Of a stretch of 64,000 nucleotides of DNA, positions 20,898 through 29,196 are shown in pieces. A model generated the notes under the pieces. It did no database searches and was not told the DNA's origin. It saw nothing but the letters and a program-made list of their open reading frames with translations. Origin of the DNA: Candidatus Sericytochromatia bacterium (GTDB lineage: Bacteria; Cyanobacteriota; Sericytochromatia; S15B-MN24; UBA4093); contig JAKFCW010000021.1 in assembly GCA_036676455.1 (NCBI GenBank), positions 21,367 through 85,366 of the forward strand, read 5' to 3'. A program made the position numbers and the translations under genes. Each line of letters starts with the position of its first letter. The stretch's first letter is position 1.

Positions 20898-22793
20898 CTA
20901 ATCCAGGCTTTGGCCTTGTTCGGCCTTGGCGATGACCTGTTCGATCATCTGGGTGAGGGCCGGGTTGCGATCGACGTCGTTGAGATGGCGGGCGCCGAGG
21001 CTCTTTCCGACCATGGCCATGACGGAGGCGCGCTGGTCGGTGGTGGCCAGGGCGATCGCCAGGTAGTCGAGGCCGAGCCAAGAGCCCTGCAGGTTCTGGA
21101 TGGCCGTCTTGTAGCGCTGGACGCCTGCGCGCCCCGGGAAGGCCTCCATGAGGCGGCGGATGTCGGGGGCCGTGCATTCACCCTGGCGGCCCCAGTCGGA
21201 CAGGGCCTCCATCAGGAAGGCCAGCGCCTGCTCTTCGTCCAGGACGGCGTCGAAGGCGATGTCCTCGAACTCCGCTTGCGAGATCAAGGTGAACTCGTCG
21301 AAGATCTTGCGCAGGCGGAAGTAGCGGTAGATGTGGGTGACCTCCGGGCAGCGCTCGCGGATGTGGAACAGTTCGAGGCGCTCGACGGCGCGCGAGATCT
21401 CGGCGCTGTTGCGCACGAAGGCCTCCAGCCAGATGGCGTCGTCGGTGGTCCGGGCGAACTCGGGGGCCAGCACCTCGATGTCGACCTGTCGCAGGCCGGC
21501 CTCGCGCAGGAGCTGCACGGCCTGCTCGTAGCGCTTGACCGCCGCTCGTTCGGGCAGGACTTCCATCAGCTTCTGGGCCTTGGGCAGGGTGAGGCGACCC
21601 TCGAAGACCCGGCTGCCCAGCTCGCCGATCATGGAGGCGACGGCGGCGTCGGACTCGGATTCCATGTGGGGAAGCAGGAACTGGTCGACTTCCTCTCCCT
21701 TGAGGCCGGAGTCCATGAAGGCGCGCACGCCGCGCACGTAGCGCTTGAGAGCGGCGGTGGTGGGGGCCCATTCGCGCAGTTGCACCAGGGTCAGGCGGGT
21801 GACGACCCTGCCGGCCTCCTGGAGGCCTTGAACGGCCTCGTTCAGCCACTCGAGGTCCTCGGAGTGGCGGGCGAAGGAGGTGACGAAGGCGTCGAACTCG
21901 TCGAAGCGGATCTGGCGCTCGTCGAGGATCTTGAAGGCCTGGAGGTAGCGTTTGACCGCGGTCCGGGTGGCGAGCTCGCTGAAGAGGAAGTCGAGGTCGG
22001 CGCTCTTGTAGCCCTCGCGGCCCCGCTGGGCCAGCAGGGCCCCGATCTCGCCGATGGTGGCGGCGGATTCCTCGTCCTTGGCGAAGCGCACGATCACCGC
22101 GTCCAGGTCGTCCCAGGAGAGGTGGTCGTTGGCGCGGAAGGCGCGGATGGCCTGCAGGAAGCATTCGCAGGCGTTGTGATCGCGCAGGCTCAGCGTCAGG
22201 TTCGAGAGCGAGGCCAGGGAGAGGGGGCGCTGCAAGGGGGCGAGGCCGTCGGCGAGCTGGAAGATCAGCTCGAAGGCAGGATGGCCCCAATTGGTGCGCA
22301 GGAGGGTGTAAAGGCCGGTCCATTCCTCGTCGGTTTCCGGGGAGACGAGGTCGAGGAGCTGCTCGAAGCAGCCGAGCAGGCGGATCGTGGAGGCCATGGA
22401 GCCCCAGCCGGCCAGCATCTCGGAGCTGCACGGGCAGCCCTTGCGGCTCAGCAGGGCGAAGAGCTCGGCGAGGAGGTTGAAGGCCTGGGGCGTGGAGGCC
22501 AGCGGGAGCAAGGGGTCCAGGGAGAGGCCCGCGGGCATGCGCTCGCCGAAGGTTCGGGTCAGGAGGTCCTGGAGGGCCAGGGCGCGCTGGCTGCTGTCGC
22601 GCAGGACGGCTTCCAGGGACTCCGAGGTGGAGACCTTGGGGGCTTCGTGGAAGACAGGTGCCTGCTTACGTCCTCCGCGCGGCGGCTTCGGCGTGGCGGG
22701 CGGGGTTTCGGATAACCATTCCGAGGCGCTCTTGAGGACCTCGTTCATTTGCTGAGGAACGTTTGACAGCCACTCGCTGAAACCTTGCCGCAT
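20898..22793 (-). CDS. Unrecognised 631-aa cytoplasmic protein built from ~70-residue tandem repeats; first gene of Che-I operon
   Basis: The motif [AG][VL][KQ]RY or HIYRY has its Tyr at residues 283, 352, 422, 491 and 561, a 69-70 aa period. Degenerate copies lie at F212 and F143. No TM helix or signal peptide is visible. The amino-acid composition is normal, unlike the antisense ORF 20370..22715. Confidence 0.75.
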   Translation of the reverse strand: MRQGFSEWLSNVPQQMNEVLKSASEWLSETPPATPKPPRGGRKQAPVFHEAPKVSTSESLEAVLRDSSQRALALQDLLTRTFGERMPAGLSLDPLLPLASTPQAFNLLAELFALLSRKGCPCSSEMLAGWGSMASTIRLLGCFEQLLDLVSPETDEEWTGLYTLLRTNWGHPAFELIFQLADGLAPLQRPLSLASLSNLTLSLRDHNACECFLQAIRAFRANDHLSWDDLDAVIVRFAKDEESAATIGEIGALLAQRGREGYKSADLDFLFSELATRTAVKRYLQAFKILDERQIRFDEFDAFVTSFARHSEDLEWLNEAVQGLQEAGRVVTRLTLVQLREWAPTTAALKRYVRGVRAFMDSGLKGEEVDQFLLPHMESESDAAVASMIGELGSRVFEGRLTLPKAQKLMEVLPERAAVKRYEQAVQLLREAGLRQVDIEVLAPEFARTTDDAIWLEAFVRNSAEISRAVERLELFHIRERCPEVTHIYRYFRLRKIFDEFTLISQAEFEDIAFDAVLDEEQALAFLMEALSDWGRQGECTAPDIRRLMEAFPGRAGVQRYKTAIQNLQGSWLGLDYLAIALATTDQRASVMAMVGKSLGARHLNDVDRNPALTQMIEQVIAKAEQGQSLD

Positions 22794-23138
22794 GGTGATC
22801 CCCTAATCGACGCGCGAATGTCCCTCGACCCAGTATAGGACCCGGCGAGACGGGCCAGGTAGGGACAAATATCCCTTTCTACATACCCCGAAAGCCGGCG
22901 TCCAACCGCTCCTGCCCCGAATCATCAGGGTTTCCCCGATCCTAGGGGGCTGCGAAGCGCTCCGAACGGGCATGACGCCGCATTTCCAGATCTCTACCCC
23001 TACATCGTGCGGGTAAACCTTAAAGTTAGCATCCGGGGGAAATACGGAACACGCCAGGGGGCTAGCCCCCCATTTTCGCCCATGCGGCCGAAGGCAAAAC
23101 GGACGTTCCTACGTAGGATGGACACGGAGGTGGTCGCG

Positions 23139-24482
23139 ATGCAAGAGAACGAGCCGTATCCCTTCGTCGAGGCGTTTGGGCGGGTGCGCGCGCGGACCGA
23201 GGCGATCGCCGCCATGGTCCACCCGGACGCCTACCGCGCGAGGCCGATTCCCCTGAGGCTGCCGTTCGTCTTCTACGACGGGCACCTGTCGGCCTTCAAC
23301 TGGAACACGCTCTTCCGCAAGACGCTGGGCGTGCCCAGCTTCAACCCGGCGTTCGATGCGCGCTTCGGGCGCGGCATCGACCCCGAGGCGCAGGGCGCCG
23401 GGGCCCAGGGGGCCGATCCGGGCGAGGCCGGCTGGCCGTCGCGCGCGGAGATCCAGGCCTACAAGCTCGAAGTCGACGCCCGGCTGCTGGCCTTCCTCGA
23501 GGACTTCGACCCGCGGCGCCCACCGCATCCATGGCTCTCTGAGGGCCGGGTGCTGCACATCATGCTCGAGCACGAGCTGATGCACCAGGAGACCCTGCTC
23601 TACATGGTGCATCAGCTTCCCGCCGAGCATAAGATTCCGCCTTCCGGGTGGGGCACCGGCCCCCGGACGGCGGAGTCCGGGGCAGCCACTACGGGCGAGT
23701 CCCTTTCGGTCGCGATCCCCGTGGGCCCCGCTTGCCTCGGAATCCATTCGAGCGACGTGCCCTTCGCCTGGGACAACGAGCGGCCATGTCACCTGGTCGA
23801 CGTCCCGGCCTTCGCGATCGACGCGACGCCCTGCACCAACGGTCAATTCCTGGAGTTCGTGGAGGCCGGCGGCTACCAGCGCCCCGAGTTCTGGCGGCCC
23901 GCCGCATGGGAGCGGCTGCCGCGCGAATCGTCCGCGCATCCGCATTTCTGGCGGCAAAGCGACAGCGGCTGGGTTTTCCGCGGGCTCTTCGGTGACCTGC
24001 CCTTGCCGCTCGACTGGCCCGTGCTGGTCAGCCAGGCCGAGGCCGAGGCCTACGCCCGCTTCAAGGGCAAGCGCCTGCCCACCGAAGCCGAATGGCAGCG
24101 CGCCGCTTTTGGCGACGACATGGTGCGGCCCTATCCATGGGGCTGGGAGGCCCCCACGCCCGAACATGGCAACTTCGACTTCCAGCAGCTCTCCCCGGCT
24201 CCCGTGGGCACCCACCCCAGAGGCGCCACTCCTCTGGGCGTCCATGACCTGCTGGGCAACGGCTGGGAATGGACCTGCACTCCGTTCGCCCCCTTCGAGG
24301 GCTTCGAGGCCGATCCCAGCTACCCCGGCTACTCCGCCGACTTCTTCGACGGCAAGCACGTCGTCATGAAGGGCGGCTCATGGGCCACGGACGCCAAGCT
24401 GCTGCGGAGATCCTTCCGCAACTGGTTCTACGGCCACTACCCCTACGCCTACGCCACCTTCCGCTGCGTCACGTCCGGCTGA
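23139..24482 (+). CDS. egtB: EgtB-type sulfoxide synthase (DinB_2 + FGE-sulfatase domains), ergothioneine biosynthesis
   Basis: EHELMHQETLLYM motif in the N-terminal domain. The C-terminal domain carries FAWDNERPCHLVDVPAFAID, TNGQFLEFVEAGGY, GNGWEWT and KGGSWAT. The start is placed at the ATG preceded by GGAGG (23126..23130). egtD lies nearby. Confidence 0.8.
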   Translation: MQENEPYPFVEAFGRVRARTEAIAAMVHPDAYRARPIPLRLPFVFYDGHLSAFNWNTLFRKTLGVPSFNPAFDARFGRGIDPEAQGAGAQGADPGEAGWPSRAEIQAYKLEVDARLLAFLEDFDPRRPPHPWLSEGRVLHIMLEHELMHQETLLYMVHQLPAEHKIPPSGWGTGPRTAESGAATTGESLSVAIPVGPACLGIHSSDVPFAWDNERPCHLVDVPAFAIDATPCTNGQFLEFVEAGGYQRPEFWRPAAWERLPRESSAHPHFWRQSDSGWVFRGLFGDLPLPLDWPVLVSQAEAEAYARFKGKRLPTEAEWQRAAFGDDMVRPYPWGWEAPTPEHGNFDFQQLSPAPVGTHPRGATPLGVHDLLGNGWEWTCTPFAPFEGFEADPSYPGYSADFFDGKHVVMKGGSWATDAKLLRRSFRNWFYGHYPYAYATFRCVTSG

Positions 24483-24487
24483 TCCCC

Positions 24488-26956
24488 TCAAACGCCCGAG
24501 CCCAGCCGGGCGCGCGGCGCGGCTTCGCGCTCCACAAGGAGCGCGTCGGCGCGCCCCTCTTGAAAGAAGGCCATCACCGCAATCAGGCCATGGGCCTGCT
24601 GCTGCAAGTCCCGCGACATCTGCCCCAGCTGCCCGACCGCCTGCACGATTTGCTCGGCCGCCTTTCTCTGCTCGGCCGTCGCGGTCGAAACCTGATGGGT
24701 CATCCCGTTCATGGTGCCCACGGCGGTCATGATCTGCGACGAGCCCAGCGCTTGCTCGCGCGTCGCCAGCGTCACCTGCTGCGTGAGCTGATTCATGGAG
24801 GCCACGGCCCCGGTGATCTGCCGCGCGACGGCGCTCTGCTCACTCGTCCCATGGGCGATCTGCCCCATGAGCTGCGTCACGGCTCCCACGGAGCTGACGA
24901 TCTCGTTGAGGGCCTCACCGGCCGTCCTGGCCAGGCTCATGCCCTCCCGGATGGCAGCATCCCCTTGATACGTCCGCGTGACGGCCTGCTCGGTCTCCTG
25001 CTGGATGCCCCTGATGAGCCCGGCAATCTCGCCCGTGGCCTTCGCGGAACGCTCGGCCAGCTTGCGCACCTCGTCGGCGACCACGGCGAAGCCCCGCCCA
25101 TGTTCACCGGCCCGCGCCGCCTCGATCGCGGCGTTGAGGGCCAGCAGGTTGGTCTGGTCGGCGATGTCGTCGATCACCGCGACGATGGCGCCGATCTCTT
25201 CCGAGCTGCGGCCCAGACGCTCCATGACGTGGACCACGCCCTGCATGGCCTCGGAAATGGTACCCATGCCGTCGACCGTCTTCGAGACCGCGCTACGCCC
25301 ACCTTGAGCCACCTCCGTCGCCCGCTCGGTCAGTCGGCTGGCCTCGGTGACCGTGAGCGCGACCTGCTGGACCGATGCCGCCATCTGCTCGATGGACGCC
25401 GACGTCTGGCTGACGGCATCCGACAGGACGCCGACGTTGCCCGCCACCTGCTGGATGCTCGTGCCCATCTCCTCGATGCTCGACGAGGTCTCGTCCACCG
25501 ACGCGGCCAGCGTCAAGGAATTCCCCGACACCTGGGCCAGCGAGGCCGCCATCTCCTCGATGCTCGACGAGGTGGACTGGGTGGCCGCGTCCGCCTGCTC
25601 GGCGGCCGCGGCCACCGACTGGGCCGACGCGCGGACCTGGGTGATGACCTGGCGCCATTTCCGCGCCATCTCCGAGATCGCCACGCCGAACTGATCCCGC
25701 TCGCTCTGAGGCACGATGTCGCGCGACAGGTCTCCCCGGCTCATGGAGGCGGCCACGTCCGCGACGTCATGCAGGTAACGCCGCATCTGCTCGAAGGAAT
25801 GGGCCAATTCCCCGAGTTCGTCCTGCCGGCGAAGGGTGATCGCACGGTCCAGCACGCCTTCCGCGATCACGTGGGACGCCTCGGTCAGCTGCATGAGCGG
25901 AGCCAGGACCCGCCGGTGGATGGTCAAGGCGGCGAAGACCACGATCGCCACGCTCAAGAGGCCGCCGAGCATGACCAGCGCCATGTCCCGCATCCCCTCG
26001 CGCTCCGCGGCTGCCGCCGAGGCAACCGTCTCGGCGCTGACCGCATCGGCGATCGCCAGGATGGAATCGATCCCCCGGGTGGCCTCCGCAACCCAGCTCG
26101 TCCCGTCGAGGGGGTAGGCAGTCCCGGCATTGCCTGCCGCGTAGACCGAGGTTCGGATCTGCTGGAAATGCCCCAGGAACTCGCGCTGCATCACCTCGAT
26201 CGCTTGCTTCGTGGGCGAATCCGCGGGCAGGTCCCGGGTCAGCAGCATCAAGGTTTCCAGGTTGCGATCGACGATCCCCCGGAAAGCCACCAGGTTCAGC
26301 TCGACCTGGCCCGAGATGGGCTGCTTGCCGGCAACCAGGGTGCCGATGGTCGCGCGCTCCCGGCCCGCGAACTCGCTGGCCTGGAAGACGATCTCCTTGA
26401 TCTGGAGGTTGTTGCGGTAGGCCTCGTCCAGAGGGGACGAAGCCACGAAGGCATCCCGGCGCATCTGGGCGAGCGCATCGATGAAGGACGACATCGTCGC
26501 CACCCACTTGGGTCCCGTGAGAGTCCCGCCACCCGTCTCGAACTTGCGATCGGCCTCACGGCGAGCCTGCTCTAGCGCTTCGCGCTGGCGCTCCACCTCG
26601 GCCAGGCTGATGGCCAGCGGATGGACCGTGCGCGCTCCGCGGATCCGACGGGCCCGCTCGAGTGCCTCGGCGAAGTGCCGGTCGCCCGTCTCGCGCAGCG
26701 TCGCGATGCGCCGCCGCGTCTCCGTGGTGACCGCCGTCGACTGGGACAGGGCCGTGGCCGTCACCCCGCGCTCGACGGCTTCGGCCGCGTTCGCCTGGAT
26801 GACCGCATCCGCCAGATCGTTCGCCTCGCGGATCCAGGCGGCCTTCTGGTAGCTCCTGACCGTCACGACGCCCCCTTGCAGCAGCGCCGCGAAGGTGACG
26901 ACGGCCATCATGCCGAACAAGAGCAGTAGCAGGTAACGGATCTTCAATCGTGACAT
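24488..26956 (-). CDS. Methyl-accepting chemotaxis protein with large NIT-like periplasmic sensor and HAMP
   Basis: 822 aa from [15 protein letters not shown]. Order is TM1, a ~280-aa helical sensor with two ER-G-containing half-repeats ([13 protein letters not shown] and [13 protein letters not shown]), TM2, HAMP, then a signalling hairpin [41 protein letters not shown]. Confidence 0.88.
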   Translation of the reverse strand: MSRLKIRYLLLLLFGMMAVVTFAALLQGGVVTVRSYQKAAWIREANDLADAVIQANAAEAVERGVTATALSQSTAVTTETRRRIATLRETGDRHFAEALERARRIRGARTVHPLAISLAEVERQREALEQARREADRKFETGGGTLTGPKWVATMSSFIDALAQMRRDAFVASSPLDEAYRNNLQIKEIVFQASEFAGRERATIGTLVAGKQPISGQVELNLVAFRGIVDRNLETLMLLTRDLPADSPTKQAIEVMQREFLGHFQQIRTSVYAAGNAGTAYPLDGTSWVAEATRGIDSILAIADAVSAETVASAAAAEREGMRDMALVMLGGLLSVAIVVFAALTIHRRVLAPLMQLTEASHVIAEGVLDRAITLRRQDELGELAHSFEQMRRYLHDVADVAASMSRGDLSRDIVPQSERDQFGVAISEMARKWRQVITQVRASAQSVAAAAEQADAATQSTSSSIEEMAASLAQVSGNSLTLAASVDETSSSIEEMGTSIQQVAGNVGVLSDAVSQTSASIEQMAASVQQVALTVTEASRLTERATEVAQGGRSAVSKTVDGMGTISEAMQGVVHVMERLGRSSEEIGAIVAVIDDIADQTNLLALNAAIEAARAGEHGRGFAVVADEVRKLAERSAKATGEIAGLIRGIQQETEQAVTRTYQGDAAIREGMSLARTAGEALNEIVSSVGAVTQLMGQIAHGTSEQSAVARQITGAVASMNQLTQQVTLATREQALGSSQIMTAVGTMNGMTHQVSTATAEQRKAAEQIVQAVGQLGQMSRDLQQQAHGLIAVMAFFQEGRADALLVEREAAPRARLGSGV

Positions 26957-27090
26957 GGCGTTCCCCCCTAGGCGTTGCGTCAGCCTTCCCGGCCTGAGCG
27001 GCAAGCGAGCCGTTCGTATGACATACAGCTTTACCTTAGGGGACGGCCGAGGGGGGAGGATAGCGTAGTTCCCACGCACCTTTCGTTGCG

Positions 27091-28152
27091 TCAGCTCAGC
27101 ACCGGTGCGTCGTCGGCGCGCCGCAAGAGCATGAGCCCGAAGGACTCGGCGGGATCCATCCAGCAGGCCTGCAAGGCGAAGCCGCGCGAGGCCAGCCATG
27201 CGCCTAGCTCGAGGGGATCGAACTTCCGGGAGATCTCGGTTAATATCCCCTCGCCCTGCCGGAAGCGGAAGCGCTCGCCGGCCACGTTCACGACCTGATC
27301 CTCCCGGCTGACCAGCACCATCTCGATCTGGTGCTCCGGCAAGACGTACTCCGCCCGGTGCCGCCAGTGCTCCAGGCGAAAATCCGCTCCCAGCTCGCGG
27401 TTCAGGCGTCGCAGGAGGTTGAGGTTGAACGCGGCTGTCACCTCCTGCGCATCGTTGTAAGCGGCATGGATGATCGGCGCGGGTTTGCCGGCATGCGCCC
27501 GGCGGTCGAAGCCCAGGAGCAGGTGGTTTCCCGGGGACATCGCGCCGCGCAGGCCTGCGAAGAAGGCTTCTTGCTGGATCGGCGCGAGGTTGCCGAGCGT
27601 GCCGCCCAGGAAGATCACAAGCCTCTCCGTGCAATCGGGCAGCAAGCCGAGCGCCTCGTCGAAGCTTGCGGCCAAGCCCAGCACGCGCATGCCGGGGTAG
27701 CTGGAAGCAAGCGACTGGGCCGTCTGAGCGAGCATGCTTCGGCTGATGTCGATGGGGATGTAGGTGAGGGGGCGATCGCCCGCATGAAAGGCATCCAGCA
27801 GCAAGCGGGTCTTCACCGAGGAGCCGCTGCCCAGCTCGACCAGCTGCCTCACCTCAAGGCTATCCGCGAGCAAGGGGGCGAGCTGACGCAGCAGGGCCGT
27901 CTCGGTCCGCGCGGGGTAGTACTCGCTCAGAGCGGTGATCTGCTCGTAAAGCGCGGAGCCGCGCGCGTCGTAGAGGTAAGCTGGGGGAATCGAGCGCCGC
28001 ACGGGGTCACAGAGCCCCTCGAGGACCTCGCGGCGCATCCTCTCGCGCAGGTCCTCTCCCGGAACGGCGATCAGGTCCAGCTGGCAGCTTCCTTCCAGGA
28101 AGTCCCGCACGGCCCTGCGAAGCGAGCTTTCGGTGATTCGTGAGACAGCCAT
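27091..28152 (-). CDS. egtD: L-histidine N-alpha-methyltransferase EgtD
   Basis: [56 protein letters not shown] and FLGGTLGNL. The true start may be internal (M39). Confidence 0.82.
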   Translation of the reverse strand: MAVSRITESSLRRAVRDFLEGSCQLDLIAVPGEDLRERMRREVLEGLCDPVRRSIPPAYLYDARGSALYEQITALSEYYPARTETALLRQLAPLLADSLEVRQLVELGSGSSVKTRLLLDAFHAGDRPLTYIPIDISRSMLAQTAQSLASSYPGMRVLGLAASFDEALGLLPDCTERLVIFLGGTLGNLAPIQQEAFFAGLRGAMSPGNHLLLGFDRRAHAGKPAPIIHAAYNDAQEVTAAFNLNLLRRLNRELGADFRLEHWRHRAEYVLPEHQIEMVLVSREDQVVNVAGERFRFRQGEGILTEISRKFDPLELGAWLASRGFALQACWMDPAESFGLMLLRRADDAPVLS

Positions 28153-28177
28153 CTCCCCTCCTCTCGCGTGAGCGCGC

Positions 28178-29188
28178 TCAGCGTCGCGTGCGCGCGCCGA
28201 TCAGCGACATGGTGGCGAGGGCCGCGCCGGCCATGGTCGCCCGGGGATGCTCGCGCATCCAGGTCACCCAGCTGAGCCTCCAGCCCCGGTGCTTGCCCCG
28301 CGTTCGCGGCGCCCCGTCCAGGGGCTGGTAGAGGTTGGAAGGCGCCTCGAGCGGCTTGGCGATATCCGTCTGCTGGGACGACTCCCCCATCCGGCTCTGC
28401 TGCCAGTCGAGCATGCGCGGCGAGACGCGTTCCATGAGCGAGAAGAACTCGCCGCTGCCGCCGACCAGCAGCTCGCGCTCCGGATGCTCGGCGCAGTGCG
28501 CGATGGCGCGGGCGACCACGACCGGGTCGTACATGGGAGGAACGCCCCGGGGCTCGACGCCGAGGTGCGTCCGGGCATGTTCGAAGAGGGGCGTATCGAT
28601 GGACGAGGGCTTGATCAGGGTGACGTGAATGGGCGCCTTCTCCTGCATCAGCTCCTGGCGAACCGATCCGGCGAGACCCTTGATGGCGTGCTTGGCCGCC
28701 ACGTAGGCGCTCTGCAGGGGCACGGCGGCGTCGGAAAGCACGGAGCCGACGCAGATGATCGTGCCGCCGCCGGAGGCCTTCATGCGGGGCAAGGCCGCCT
28801 TGAAGGAGTGAACCGTGCCCCAGAGGTGGACGTCGATGATCCGGCGCATCTCGTCAAGGGGAGCGTCCTCGAAGCGGGAGTACAGGGCGACTCCGGCGTT
28901 GCTGACCCAGGTGTCGATCCGGCCGAACTGCTCCACGGCCGCTTCGGCGAGGCGTTGCACGGCCTCGGGATCGCTCACGTCGGTGGGGATGGCAACGGCC
29001 CGGCCGCCCTCGCGGCGGATCTCGGAGGCCAGGCTCTCCAGGCTGTCGCGGCTGCGGGCGGCCAGCACGAGGCGGGCTCCGCGCCGGGAGAGCAGCTGGG
29101 CGGTCTCGCGGCCGATGCCGCTGGAGGCTCCGGTGATCACCACGACCTGGTCGGCGAGGGGACGCGGCATGGCGCGCTCCTTTCTCAA
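28178..29188 (-). CDS. Short-chain dehydrogenase/reductase (SDR) family oxidoreductase
   Basis: VVITGASSGIGRE (the TGxxxGxG motif) and the catalytic YVAAKHAIKG (YxxxK). Confidence 0.88.
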   Translation of the reverse strand: MRKERAMPRPLADQVVVITGASSGIGRETAQLLSRRGARLVLAARSRDSLESLASEIRREGGRAVAIPTDVSDPEAVQRLAEAAVEQFGRIDTWVSNAGVALYSRFEDAPLDEMRRIIDVHLWGTVHSFKAALPRMKASGGGTIICVGSVLSDAAVPLQSAYVAAKHAIKGLAGSVRQELMQEKAPIHVTLIKPSSIDTPLFEHARTHLGVEPRGVPPMYDPVVVARAIAHCAEHPERELLVGGSGEFFSLMERVSPRMLDWQQSRMGESSQQTDIAKPLEAPSNLYQPLDGAPRTRGKHRGWRLSWVTWMREHPRATMAGAALATMSLIGARTRR

Positions 29189-29196
29189 GGGTGGAT

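Noticed and set aside
26957-27634. N-terminal extensions offered by the ORF track: MCP from 27634, BON/SRPBCC protein from 31340, lipoprotein 2 from 34598, mnmA from 35008, egtB from 23007, CheA from 20095, and tolC, RND and the Che-II genes from upstream in-frame ATGs.
   Set aside because: The extensions run through intergenic DNA or into neighbouring genes and are Arg/Pro/Gly-rich junk. They lack ribosome-binding sites. The internal starts give canonical N-termini (signal peptides, PP-loop, REC beta1) and usually have GGAGG-type SD sequences or start/stop coupling.
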